From: Candidatus Sericytochromatia bacterium
GTDB taxonomy: Bacteria; Cyanobacteriota; Sericytochromatia; S15B-MN24; JAQBPE01
Direction of reading: 5' to 3'
Assembly (NCBI GenBank): GCA_035285125.1
Contig: JAYKHR010000004.1
Location: 1-64,000, forward strand
Length of the DNA stretch: 64,000 bases
Shown in pieces: positions 7,442 to 17,068 of this stretch (the first letter of the stretch is position 1; each line of letters begins with the position of its first letter). Position numbers and translations under genes: made by a program. Under the pieces are notes generated by a model. The model did not search any database. It had not been told where the DNA came from and saw only the letters and a list, made by a program, of their open reading frames with translations.

Positions 7442-9850
7442 GTGACGACCGCGCAACTCGAGCCCACCGCCGAACCCTGGCGGCAGAACCTGGGCCGCAC
7501 CCCCGACGCACAGCTGGCCGGCGAGCGCGGCGACTGGTGGTGGACCGGCCTGCCGCCTGCGGCCTGTCCCGGGTGGGACGCTGCGGCCGGGTGCCTGCGC
7601 TCCCTCCCGCAGCTGGACCTGGCGCGGGCCACGCGCGAGTCGGTCCTCGCCTACTTCGACAACGGCTGGACGCTGACGGAGCTCCTGTTCGCCTCGCTGG
7701 CCCGCGAGGAGTCGTTCTACCGCCCGCCGGCCCACCGGCTGCGCCACCCGATGGTGTTCTATATGGGCCACCCTGCGAGCCTGTTCGTCAACAAGCTGCG
7801 CGTGGCGGGGTTCCGGGACGGCCCCGTGGACGCGACGCTGGAGCGGCTCTTCGAAACGGGGGTCGACGAGATGTCCTGGGACCACATGGCCAAGAACGAC
7901 GAGGCCTGGCCGTCGGTCGAGGAGGCCGTGGCCTACAGGCGCGCCGTGTATGCCGTCGTGCGCGACGTGATCACCTCCCACCCGGCATTCAAGCCCGGCG
8001 CGACGCAGGGGGACGGCAGCCTGCTGTGGGCCCTGGCGATGGGGTGCGAGCACGAGCGCATCCACCTGGAGACCTCCAGCGTGCTCATCCGCGAGCTGCC
8101 CCTCGGGCTCGTGCAACGGCCCGCCGGCTGGGTGCCCGTGCACCCGAGCGTGCCTGAGGCCTCCCCCCCCGCGCCCGCCGCGGGCATCGACCACCCCGAG
8201 AACCCGCTTCGGCAGCTGGGCCCCGACACCGTCCGGCTCGGGAAGCCAGCTGACTTCCCTTCCTACGGGTGGGACAACGAGTACGGGGCCGACGTGCGCG
8301 TCGTGGAGGCCTTCGAGGCCACCACCCACCTCGTGAGCAACGGAGAGTTCCACGGCTTCGTGGCGGCCGGCGGCTACCGGGAGCCTCGCTGGTGGACGGA
8401 GGGCGGCTGGGCCTGGCGGGCCTTCCGGAACATCAAATGGCCGACGTGGTGGGTGCCCGACGGGCCCGCAGGCTCGCACCGGTTCAGGCTGCGCCTGCCG
8501 TTCGAGGAGGTGCCGATGCCGTGGGCCTGGCCCGTCGAGGTGAACGCCCACGAGGCCCGCGCCTTCGCGGCCTGGCGCTCCGAGCACGAGGGGCGGGGGC
8601 TCCGGCTGCCGACTGAGGCCGAACACCTCGCGATGCGGCCCCCCGCCGACCGCGCGGCCTCCCCCGAGCGGCCCGAGCTCGACCCCGTGATGCGGGCGGG
8701 CGGTGAGGCCATGGCCGCGGCGGGACGCAACGCGAACCTGGCCTGGGGCTCACCGTGGCCCGTCGCTGCCGGGCTGCGGACCGAGGAGGGCGTCGTGGGC
8801 CCGGTCGGCAACGTGTGGACCTGGTGCGAGGACGACTTCCACCCCTTGCCTTCGGGGCGGCCGGATCCGCTCTATGACGACTTCAGCGCGCCGTGCTACG
8901 ACGGTGAGCACACCATGATCCTGGGTGGTTCGTTCCTCAGCACCGGCGATGAGGCCAGCGTCTGGGCCCGCTTCCACTTCCGGCCCCACTTCCACCAGTT
9001 TGCCGGCATCCGCCTCGTGGCGGCCCCGCGCTGCGACGCGATCCGGGTGACGCGCCGGGGCGCGGCGCAGCGGGCTGCCACCAGGCCGGCCGGCGGGGAC
9101 GTCTACGAGACCCGTCGCCTGGTCGACGAGTACATGCTGATGCACCACGGGGCCCCCGAGGACGTGATGCCGTGGTCGTTCGGGCCGCAAGACGGGCTGG
9201 ACTTCGCCGGCCGCTGCGGGCGCCTCGTGCTCGAGGCGTGCACGGCGCATGGGGTGCGGCCCGGTCGCGCCCTGGACCTCGGCTGCGCGGTGGGTGGCGC
9301 CAGCTTCGTGCTGGCGACGGCGTTTCAGGAGGTCGTCGGGGCCGACTGGTCCCAGGCCTTCGTCGACGCCGCGGAGGCCCTGCGCGTGGACGGCGAGGCC
9401 CACTACTTCCTGCGCCGCGAGGGAGACCTCGGCGAGGCGCGTGTCGTGCGCCTGCCCGCGGACCTCGACCGGTCGCGGCTGCGGTTCGAGCGCGCCGACG
9501 CCCACCAGCCGCCCGCCGGGTGGGGGCGCTTCGACGCGGTGCTGATCGCCAACCTGGTGGACCGCCTGCACGACCCGCGCGCGTGCCTGCGGGCGCTGGA
9601 GGGGCTGGTCGCGCCGGGGGGGCTGCTCGTCGTCACCACCCCGTACACCTGGCTGCCGGACTTCACGCCCCGCGACGCGTGGCTGGGCGCCCGCGGCGAG
9701 GGGGACGTCTCCGGGGAGGAAGGCCTGGCCCTGGCCCTCGCGCCGACCTTCGAGCTGCTGGAGACCCACGACTTGCCGTTCGTGATCCGTGAGCACGTGC
9801 GCAAGTTCCAGTGGAGCGTCGCCCGGGCCACCGTCTGGCGGCGCCGCTGA
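7442..9850 (+). CDS. ovoA: 5-histidylcysteine sulfoxide synthase/methyltransferase (ovothiol biosynthesis)
   Basis: LRHPMVFYMGH, EHERIHLETSSVLIRELP iron motif, FGE-sulfatase domain (YGWDNEYG, FRPHFHQFAGIR), C-terminal SAM methyltransferase (ALDLGCAVGG); GGAGG RBS before GTG 7442. Confidence 0.93.
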   Translation: MTTAQLEPTAEPWRQNLGRTPDAQLAGERGDWWWTGLPPAACPGWDAAAGCLRSLPQLDLARATRESVLAYFDNGWTLTELLFASLAREESFYRPPAHRLRHPMVFYMGHPASLFVNKLRVAGFRDGPVDATLERLFETGVDEMSWDHMAKNDEAWPSVEEAVAYRRAVYAVVRDVITSHPAFKPGATQGDGSLLWALAMGCEHERIHLETSSVLIRELPLGLVQRPAGWVPVHPSVPEASPPAPAAGIDHPENPLRQLGPDTVRLGKPADFPSYGWDNEYGADVRVVEAFEATTHLVSNGEFHGFVAAGGYREPRWWTEGGWAWRAFRNIKWPTWWVPDGPAGSHRFRLRLPFEEVPMPWAWPVEVNAHEARAFAAWRSEHEGRGLRLPTEAEHLAMRPPADRAASPERPELDPVMRAGGEAMAAAGRNANLAWGSPWPVAAGLRTEEGVVGPVGNVWTWCEDDFHPLPSGRPDPLYDDFSAPCYDGEHTMILGGSFLSTGDEASVWARFHFRPHFHQFAGIRLVAAPRCDAIRVTRRGAAQRAATRPAGGDVYETRRLVDEYMLMHHGAPEDVMPWSFGPQDGLDFAGRCGRLVLEACTAHGVRPGRALDLGCAVGGASFVLATAFQEVVGADWSQAFVDAAEALRVDGEAHYFLRREGDLGEARVVRLPADLDRSRLRFERADAHQPPAGWGRFDAVLIANLVDRLHDPRACLRALEGLVAPGGLLVVTTPYTWLPDFTPRDAWLGARGEGDVSGEEGLALALAPTFELLETHDLPFVIREHVRKFQWSVARATVWRRR

Positions 9851-9860
9851 AGGCCGGGCG

Positions 9861-10079
9861 TCAGGGCCCCGGGAGGTCGCCGAGCCCCGTGACGAGGCCG
9901 TAGAGCACGGCCCCGGCCAGCGAGCCCACCACCGCCGCCAGCAGGTGGACCCAGGCGAGCCGGGGCTCCGGCGACGGCTCGAGCGCAGTGGCCGCGCGCT
10001 TGCGGGCCTGCGCGGGGCCCTTGGGCCGCTGGCTTGCGGCAGCGAGGTGGCTCCCCGCCCTGGAACGCCCTGGACGCAT
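9861..10079 (-). CDS. Small hypothetical membrane protein (72 aa, basic N-terminus, single C-terminal TM helix)
   Basis: Fills the gap between ovoA and the next gene; TACAAT 6 nt upstream of ATG; LAWVHLLAAVVGSLAGAVLYGLV helix. Confidence 0.55.
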   Translation of the reverse strand: MRPGRSRAGSHLAAASQRPKGPAQARKRAATALEPSPEPRLAWVHLLAAVVGSLAGAVLYGLVTGLGDLPGP

Positions 10080-10239
10080 GGCGCCATTGTAGCGCCAGCG
10101 CCGCGCGGTGACGAATTTACCGGCGTTTAACCGGAGAAATGATGCCCGGCAGGGGACACTCCGAGCGGCGGGGTATAGTCCCAACAGGCGATGGGGCCGT
10201 GCCACCTCGCTCGCCAAAGGCACCAGGGGGCCACCAAAA

Positions 10240-11076
10240 ATGGAACGGAACCGGCAAGGACGCAAGGGGGTCGCCCGCACCCTGCTAGGCTTGAGCCTGG
10301 CGGGCGCCGCCAGCTGCGCGACGCCGCAGGCCCCCACGATCACGACGCAGAGCCAGGGCAGCGTGCCACCCGGCACGGCCGTGGTGCGGCCGGCCGAGAC
10401 CCGCTTGATCGACGAGGGCGGGCCCGTCTACGCAAAGCCGCTCCCACCGGCTGGCGCAGAGGGCGCGCGGCTGATCAACGAGGGAGGACCCGTCTACGTC
10501 ATCCCCGGGGAGATCGTGGTGCCGACCTACTTCAAGGGCGACCGCACCGAGCTCACGGTCACGGCGGAACGGCTCGGCGGCGCGCGCGTCGAGGCCGTCG
10601 TCCCAGCCAAGGTGGGGGCTGACGGCAGGTTCTCGCTGGTGGTGCCGCAGGGCGAGAGGGCCTTCTTCGCCAGCACCGTCTTCCCGCAGGACGAGCTGCT
10701 CGTGAGGCTTCGCACCCTCGTGCAGCCCGGTGCAGACACCCGCGTCGTGCTCGACCCGCTCGCGACGTTGGTGACCGCTCGCATCAGCCGCACCTGGCTG
10801 CAGGGCCACGAGCTCGACCTCGACCGGCTGGCCCAGCCGACGGCCGAGCTGATCTCGAACCTGCGCGCGGCGTTGCCGGCAGCCGAGCTCAACCGAGTGC
10901 CGCTGACGGGGAGCAACCTCGACCTCGCCCGCGAGCTCAGCTCGCTGGCAGGCAAGCGGCCGGACCTCGACTACGCGCTGAACGCCTGGGAGGACAAGCT
11001 GACGGCCTTCCCCCTGCGCCCCCCGGAGGGCGCCCTCCCACCCGCAGGGCCCACGCCAGGTGACGTCCCCAAGTGA
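10240..11076 (+). CDS. Hypothetical lipoprotein
   Basis: Signal peptide ending AASC; duplicated RLI(D/N)EGGPVY motif; KVGADGRFSL prealbumin-like strand. Confidence 0.7.
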   Translation: MERNRQGRKGVARTLLGLSLAGAASCATPQAPTITTQSQGSVPPGTAVVRPAETRLIDEGGPVYAKPLPPAGAEGARLINEGGPVYVIPGEIVVPTYFKGDRTELTVTAERLGGARVEAVVPAKVGADGRFSLVVPQGERAFFASTVFPQDELLVRLRTLVQPGADTRVVLDPLATLVTARISRTWLQGHELDLDRLAQPTAELISNLRAALPAAELNRVPLTGSNLDLARELSSLAGKRPDLDYALNAWEDKLTAFPLRPPEGALPPAGPTPGDVPK

Positions 11077-11122
11077 AGCCACCCGTGCGCGTGGCCCCGC
11101 TGAACCGGGTAAGTCGCCGGAG

Positions 11123-14098
11123 ATGAGAGCTTCCAGCCCGCCCCTCAGCTTCAGGCCGCCCGCCCTTCCTGCCGAGATGGACGGACGCCCCGACCTGCTG
11201 GCGCGGCTGGCCGAGGGGCTGCGGCCCGACCGTCGCCTGACGGTGCTGTGGGGCCCGCCAGGGCTCGGGAAGTCGACCCTGGCGGCGGCCTGGCTGGCGG
11301 CCTGCCAGCGGCCGGGGCTGTGGTACCGACCGGAGCCCTTCGGCCTCGACCCGGCGATGTTCCTGTCGAACATGCTGGTGGGCCTCAAGCAGACCTTCGC
11401 AGGCTTCGACCCCAACTGGATGCCGCTGCTCGCGAGCGCCACGTACAAGGCGGCCTCCCCCGCCGTCACGGGCAACCTCCACGAGGCCCTGCTCGAGCTC
11501 GCGCCCAACGGCCTCGTGCTCGTGCTCGACTGGTGGGCCCCCGCGCAGGAGTCCCCACTGCGTGCCACGCTGGAGCTGCTGCTGGACCTGTTGCCGGACA
11601 CCTCCCAGCTGCTGCTGGTGTGCGACCAGCCAGAGGCGCTGGCGCAGCTGCCGGCCCACACCCGCGAGTGCGTGATGCTCGGCCCCGAGGAGCTGGCACC
11701 CGGCCTGGTGGGCGAGCCCGACCGCCTGGCCCGCGCCTGGGGGGCCTGGCGCCGGGAGGTCGGGCTGGCGCCGGACGCGCAGCTGCCCCCCGCGTGGCAG
11801 CGGATGCTGGCCCTGGCCGCGCAGCTGCCGTGGGTGGAGCCGACGCTCTGGCAGGCCGTCGTCGAGCCGCTGGCCCCCTGGCCCGCCACCGCCGAGGCCT
11901 GGCCCCCCGCCCTGATCCGCCTGGCCGGCGAGCCACCGGCATGGATCCTGCACCCGAGCGCCCGGGCCACCTTCGAGGGCCAGCTCGAGGCCGACGAGCA
12001 GCGCGAGCTCGCCCGCAGGTTGGGGGTCCACCTCGCCCAGACGAGCGCGCTGCAGGCCGTGCCGGCCTTCCTGCGTGCCGGCGACTTGGTCCAGGCCGAG
12101 GCGCTGGCCGCCCCCGCCGGCGAGGCGCTGCTCGGCGCTTACCACTACCAGGCCCTCGCGGAGCTGCTGGCGCTCTTTCCCGAGCCACATCGGGCAGGCT
12201 CGCTGCGCCTGAGCTGCCTGCGCGGCGACCTGCTGCGCGTCACGGGGCACCAGGACGAGGCCCTGAAACACTACCAGGCCGCCGAGGTGCTGTCGCGCGC
12301 CCGGGGGGACGGCCGGTGGCAAGGCCGGGCGCTCAGCGGCCAGGCGGCCCTGTACGGCGTGCAGGGCGACGAGCGGTTCTACAAGCTCGCCATGGAGGCC
12401 AAGGAGGTGCTCCCCGCCGAGGACCACGCCGGCCGCGCCAACGCCTACAACCTGCTCGGGATCTACCACATGCAGGCCAACGAGCTGCCGCTGGCCATGA
12501 CCTACATGGAGGAGGCCCTGCGCCTCTACGGCAAGAACGGCGACAAGATGGGCCAGGGCAAGGCCCTGATCAACCTGGGCCTGTGTCACTCGAAGGTGGG
12601 ACGGTTCGCGCGGGCACGGGAGACCTACATCGAGGCCATTCGCTGCGCGGAGGGCTCCTTCAAGTTGCCCATCCCGATGGTCTACAACAACCTCGCCCGC
12701 ATCCACCTGCTGGAGGGCGACCTCCGGGCTGCCTGGGAGGCTGCGGAACGTGCCCTGAACCTGGCCAACCAGCTGGGCAGCCGCAGGGACGTGGCGTATG
12801 TCGAGTGGACCCTGGGCGAGATCAACGCCCAGCGGGGGGACTGGGCCAAGGCCACGGTCTACTTCGAGGCCTCGTTCCACAGCGCGTCCGAAAACCGGGA
12901 CGCGATCGCCCAGTCGAACGCCCTCGCGAGCCAGGCCGAGGTCGCCATGATGCAGGAGGCCTGGACCAAGGCGAGGGTCCTGCTGGAGCGAGCCCTCCAG
13001 CTACGCGGCCTGCCCATCAGCGACCCGGCGATGTTCAGCCTCGGGGAGGTCGCAGCCCGGCTCCACCTGGCGCTCGGCGAGACCCAGCAGGCCGAGGAGA
13101 TCCTCGCCGCCATCCACCGCTACACGGAGCGCCACGGCTTCCGCTACTTCCAGACCTCCGTCGAGTTCGTGATGGCCCGGACGCTCCAGGCCAAGGGCGA
13201 GGTCCTGGCGGCCGCCGAGATGTTCCAGAGCGCCTGCAGGAAAGCGGACGAGCATGATTACGCCTACCTCAAGCTGCGCGAGAGCCGTGGCTTCGACGAG
13301 CGCGTGCGGGTCGTGCCGCAGGCCGACGACGCCCTTCGCTCGGCGCTGACGGTGCTGGCCTTCGGCCACCCCGAGATCCGGGGCGAGGATGGCCGCCCCA
13401 ACGAAACGCTGCTGCTGTCGAAGAAGGCCCAGCAGCTGCTGATCCACCTGATGCTGCATCGGCGGGGCCTGACACGCGAGGAGCTCTCATCGATGTTCGG
13501 GCACCAGGGCGACTCGCGCTCCTCGGCCTCCTTGATGCTGGTGTCCCGGCTCAGGCAGGCGCTGGAGCCCGAGGCGGTCAGGAACCAGCCTTCTCGCTTC
13601 GTGCTGCTGCAAGACGGGCGCTACACCTTCAACTTCGGCCTGAACTACGTGTTCGACGCCGAGGAGTTCCTGTACCTGTCCCAGCAGGCCCGCGACCCCC
13701 ACATCAAGCCCGAGGAGCAGCTCGCGAGCCTGAAAAAGGCGCTCGACCTGTACCGGGGGCCGTTCCTGCCCAGCTGCGACGACGAGTGGGCCGTGATCGA
13801 ACGGGAGCGTTTCCGCCAGCTCGCCAACGACAGCTTCGCGATTCTGCTGCGGACCTTCACGGCCCGCGGGGACCACCGCGAGGTGCTGCGCCTCGCCGAG
13901 CAGGCGATCAAGCACGACGTGCTCTTCGAAGGGGCTCACCAGGCCAAGCTGGAGGCGCTTTCCCGCCTCGGCAAGCGCGAGGAGGCCCTCAAGCACTTCA
14001 AGCGAACGGAGCAGCACCTCGCCAAGAAGTACGGGCTGCAGCCCGGTGACGATCTTCGCCAGACCTTCCAACAGCTGCTGCGCGGCCAGCTCCGCTGA
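11123..14098 (+). CDS. P-loop/TPR transcriptional regulator with C-terminal wHTH-BTAD (MalT-like/SARP hybrid)
   Basis: GPPGLGKST Walker A, TPR-like repeats (ANAYNLLGIY, KALINLGLCH, MVYNNLARI), C-terminal VSRLRQALEP...ALDLYRGPFL...W..ERE BTAD signature; start uncertain. Confidence 0.82.
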   Translation: MRASSPPLSFRPPALPAEMDGRPDLLARLAEGLRPDRRLTVLWGPPGLGKSTLAAAWLAACQRPGLWYRPEPFGLDPAMFLSNMLVGLKQTFAGFDPNWMPLLASATYKAASPAVTGNLHEALLELAPNGLVLVLDWWAPAQESPLRATLELLLDLLPDTSQLLLVCDQPEALAQLPAHTRECVMLGPEELAPGLVGEPDRLARAWGAWRREVGLAPDAQLPPAWQRMLALAAQLPWVEPTLWQAVVEPLAPWPATAEAWPPALIRLAGEPPAWILHPSARATFEGQLEADEQRELARRLGVHLAQTSALQAVPAFLRAGDLVQAEALAAPAGEALLGAYHYQALAELLALFPEPHRAGSLRLSCLRGDLLRVTGHQDEALKHYQAAEVLSRARGDGRWQGRALSGQAALYGVQGDERFYKLAMEAKEVLPAEDHAGRANAYNLLGIYHMQANELPLAMTYMEEALRLYGKNGDKMGQGKALINLGLCHSKVGRFARARETYIEAIRCAEGSFKLPIPMVYNNLARIHLLEGDLRAAWEAAERALNLANQLGSRRDVAYVEWTLGEINAQRGDWAKATVYFEASFHSASENRDAIAQSNALASQAEVAMMQEAWTKARVLLERALQLRGLPISDPAMFSLGEVAARLHLALGETQQAEEILAAIHRYTERHGFRYFQTSVEFVMARTLQAKGEVLAAAEMFQSACRKADEHDYAYLKLRESRGFDERVRVVPQADDALRSALTVLAFGHPEIRGEDGRPNETLLLSKKAQQLLIHLMLHRRGLTREELSSMFGHQGDSRSSASLMLVSRLRQALEPEAVRNQPSRFVLLQDGRYTFNFGLNYVFDAEEFLYLSQQARDPHIKPEEQLASLKKALDLYRGPFLPSCDDEWAVIERERFRQLANDSFAILLRTFTARGDHREVLRLAEQAIKHDVLFEGAHQAKLEALSRLGKREEALKHFKRTEQHLAKKYGLQPGDDLRQTFQQLLRGQLR

Positions 14099-14107
14099 GC
14101 CGAGGCC

Positions 14108-16033
14108 TCAGCGCGTCACGGCCACGGGCATGCGCCGCCGCAGCTCGCGACGCCGGGCCGAGGTGCGGGGATCCTCGTCGCCCAGCAGCTTGAAGTAAGC
14201 CTCGTAGGCGTCGATCGAGCCCTGGAAGACCTCGTCCATCGCCTGGGCGAGCCGCTCCGCCAGGCCCGCGCCCTCCAGCGGCTCGAGCAGCTGGCTCGAG
14301 AGGCGTCGCCCCCAGCCCGTGGCGCCGTACTTGTGGCGCTCGACGAAGACGTTGCGGACGCGCTCCAGGCGCGTCGTCGCGTACACCAGCCCCGACTGCC
14401 GGAGGTAGTGCAGGTCGTTGCGGAGCTCCCCCGACAGCTCCTCGGCGCCGTAAGCGGACGGGAAGGCCTCAGCCCACGTCGCCCGCACGGCAGGATGGCG
14501 CAGCAGGGTCCAGACGGCCTCGCGCCCGTCGAGGTAGAGCCGCGGCTCGTCGAGGGCGGCCTCGAGACGGTTCAGCGCCGCATACAGCGTCAAAAATAGC
14601 ACGTCGAGGCGGGCCGGCTCCTGCGGCAGCCGCTCCAGCAGCTGGTCCACCACCTGGCTCTCCAGCGCGAACAGCAGCCCGAGGCGAGCCCGCTCGCCGC
14701 GCCAGAACTCCTGCACGAAGTGGTTGGCCTTGTCGGTCGTCAAGGAGGGGTCGATCGTGCGGTAGCGCGCCACCCAGCCCTCGAAGTCGGCCTCCGTCAT
14801 CCGGAAGGGCTGATCGGGCGGCGCGTAGACCTGGATCGCCGTGCCCTCCAGGGAGGCCGTGATGATGCCCGTGACCATCGGCAGATCCGTGAGCCGGCCG
14901 TGCCAGGGCACGTGCCCCACCCGCTGCGTGCGCAGCGGCGAGACGGGCGGGCTGACGCGGGCGACGTCGATCAGGAACGGCCGCTCGAGCGCCCCCGTCA
15001 GGCGCTCCTGCAGCGGCCGGGAGACGCTGCCCCGCCGCTGGTGCAGCGACTGCAAGGCGTAGCGCGCCGCCGGCGACAGCAAGGGGAAGTCGAAGGACTC
15101 GACAAGCTCGGCCGGTGGCCGGCCCGCCACGAGGTCCGCCAGGTCTTGCCAGGCGCGCGGGGCCCGCTCGCGCAGGAAGTGCTCCATGTCGACGTCCTGC
15201 CCCTCGTTGGCGACGACGCGGAAGCGGGCCTGCAGGGCCACGTCGGCGTCGACGAGGGCCTCGCGGATCGCCTCCGCGAGCAGCAGGTCGCCCAGCCGCG
15301 ACAGGGCGTTGTTCTGGATGTTGGAGATGAGCTGGTAGCGCGCCGCGAGGAGCTGGGCGGCAATGTAGGTGTGGGTGGCGCTGAGGACGAGGCCATGTTG
15401 AGGGTCGAGGGCCCAGAGGTTCTTCAGCGACTGCAGGTCGATGCCGTGGGCGAAGCCGCAGTAGTAGTTGTCGCGGATGACGTAGTCGATCCGGTCGGCG
15501 TCGATCTCGCCGTGGATCAGCAAGTTGAGCTCGCGCCGGGGGTGCTCGCCCGTGGCGAGGGCGGCCAGCTCGTCGCGGTCGATGTGGCGGTAATCGGGGT
15601 GCCGCGCGAGCACCTCCCCGATTTCGGGGTCGTGCCGGAGCAGGTGCCGCGTGTAGTCCTCGTGGTCGTGGTACTCCTCGAGGAAGCCGAGGCCGGGTTT
15701 GTCGGCGTAGCGGCGGGCCGCGTCCTCCAGGGAGTGCGAGTAGGGCCGGTGGCCGAGGTCGTGGCACAGCGCGGCGAGCCGCAGCAGCCGCTTCTCCTGG
15801 TGCGCGAAGATGGGCAGGTCGCCCGCGATCAGCCAGGCCGTGTGCATCGCCCCGATCATATGCTCGAAGCGGGTGTGGTGGGCGCCCGGGTAGATGACGT
15901 AGGCCATCCCCATCTGCCGCACGCCACGCAGACGGCTCAGGGGCCTGGTCCTCAGCAGGTCGCGCTCGCAGGCCGTGAGGGGAATCAGGCCGTGGATCGG
16001 GTCGCGGATGGTGCCGGTGAAGTGCAGGCTCAC
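14108..16033 (-). CDS. HD-domain phosphohydrolase, SAMHD1/dNTP triphosphohydrolase-like, with long C-terminal extension
   Basis: IRDPIHG, RLRGVRQMG, YPGAHHTRFEH, LCHDLGHRPYSH, DADRIDYVIRD motifs. Confidence 0.88.
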   Translation of the reverse strand: MSLHFTGTIRDPIHGLIPLTACERDLLRTRPLSRLRGVRQMGMAYVIYPGAHHTRFEHMIGAMHTAWLIAGDLPIFAHQEKRLLRLAALCHDLGHRPYSHSLEDAARRYADKPGLGFLEEYHDHEDYTRHLLRHDPEIGEVLARHPDYRHIDRDELAALATGEHPRRELNLLIHGEIDADRIDYVIRDNYYCGFAHGIDLQSLKNLWALDPQHGLVLSATHTYIAAQLLAARYQLISNIQNNALSRLGDLLLAEAIREALVDADVALQARFRVVANEGQDVDMEHFLRERAPRAWQDLADLVAGRPPAELVESFDFPLLSPAARYALQSLHQRRGSVSRPLQERLTGALERPFLIDVARVSPPVSPLRTQRVGHVPWHGRLTDLPMVTGIITASLEGTAIQVYAPPDQPFRMTEADFEGWVARYRTIDPSLTTDKANHFVQEFWRGERARLGLLFALESQVVDQLLERLPQEPARLDVLFLTLYAALNRLEAALDEPRLYLDGREAVWTLLRHPAVRATWAEAFPSAYGAEELSGELRNDLHYLRQSGLVYATTRLERVRNVFVERHKYGATGWGRRLSSQLLEPLEGAGLAERLAQAMDEVFQGSIDAYEAYFKLLGDEDPRTSARRRELRRRMPVAVTR

Positions 16034-16158
16034 GCGGCCAGCGTAGCACATCGGGCACCCTCCCGATGTGACCTCGCCGGGGGGTTCCTGACGGTTGTGG
16101 TAGGATTTGTCCGGGCGCCCCCTCGGGCGGGCGCCACGTGCTTCAAGGAGGTTTTGCC

Positions 16159-16431
16159 GTGAGTCAGCCGAAGATCGTCGCCTACCTCAAGCCCGTCTGC
16201 GGGTGGAGCAACGGCGTGCGGGCCGTGTTCACCAAGTACGGTCTTGCTTACGAGGACAAGGACATCATCAACAACCCCGCCAACTATCAGGAGATGGTGA
16301 TGAAGAGCGGGCAGCCGATGCAGCCGTGCGTCGAGGTCGACGGCACGATGCTCGCCGACGTGAGCGGCGAGGAGGTCGAGGCCTACCTGCTGCGCGAGGG
16401 GCTCGTCGAGCCGGTCGGCGCGAGCGTCTAG
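16159..16431 (+). CDS. Monothiol glutaredoxin-like protein
   Basis: AGGAGG RBS; KPVCGWS active site, SGQPMQPCVEVDG cis-Pro motif. Confidence 0.85.
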   Translation: MSQPKIVAYLKPVCGWSNGVRAVFTKYGLAYEDKDIINNPANYQEMVMKSGQPMQPCVEVDGTMLADVSGEEVEAYLLREGLVEPVGASV

Positions 16432-16922
16432 GGGGTCCGACGCCGCTTCAAGCGGTCCAGGCGGGCCTGCAGCAACGAGGTCTTGAGCACGGCGGACCCC
16501 ACCGGGGCCGCCGTCTCCGTATCTGCCTCCGGCTCGCCCGCCGGAGCGGACGCCTCGGCAGCCACGGCCCCCTCCAGCACGGGGCCCAGCTCGGCCATCA
16601 GGGGGGCGAGCACCTCGTCGACGAAGGGAGACGAGGTCGCCACCGGCTCAGGCGCAGGCCGTGGCTGGGCCTGGGGCTTCGCGGCAGGGAGGCGCCGACC
16701 GGCGGGCTTGCGGGCCTTGCCTGCGCCGCGGTGCTCCAGCAGGTCCGCGATCTCGCAGCCGAGCTCCCGGCACAGGCCGTCGAGGAGCTCGAGGCTGAGC
16801 CGGTCGGGAACCTCGTGGCGGATGCGCGAGAGGTAGTTCTCCCCGATCTCCAGCCGCCGGGCCAGCTCCCGGCCCTTCACGCCGCGCGCCCGCATCAGGG
16901 CATCCAGCTTCCAGACGATCAC
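16428..16922 (-). CDS. XRE/Cro-C1 family HTH regulator with low-complexity C-terminal tail
   Basis: KLDALMRARGVKGRELARRLEIGENYLSRIRH...LDGLCRELGCEIADLLE pattern. Confidence 0.85.
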   Translation of the reverse strand: MIVWKLDALMRARGVKGRELARRLEIGENYLSRIRHEVPDRLSLELLDGLCRELGCEIADLLEHRGAGKARKPAGRRLPAAKPQAQPRPAPEPVATSSPFVDEVLAPLMAELGPVLEGAVAAEASAPAGEPEADTETAAPVGSAVLKTSLLQARLDRLKRRRTP

Positions 16923-17068
16923 GCCACCCACCCCCGGGGCTTGGGCCGGACACCCGGCGCTCCACGCTGCCTCCCGTCCGGAGGCAGCACATTATGACAA
17001 CCACACCCGCGGCTGGCAACCGCGCCCCGGTGGCACCCCCCGGAGGCAGATGTTACGATACCCTCGCC

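Noticed and set aside
11123..16033. P-loop/TPR protein plus HD protein as an Avs-like anti-phage system
   Set aside because: The genes are convergent, the P-loop protein ends in a BTAD transcriptional module rather than a nuclease or other toxic effector, and no defence or mobile genes are nearby.
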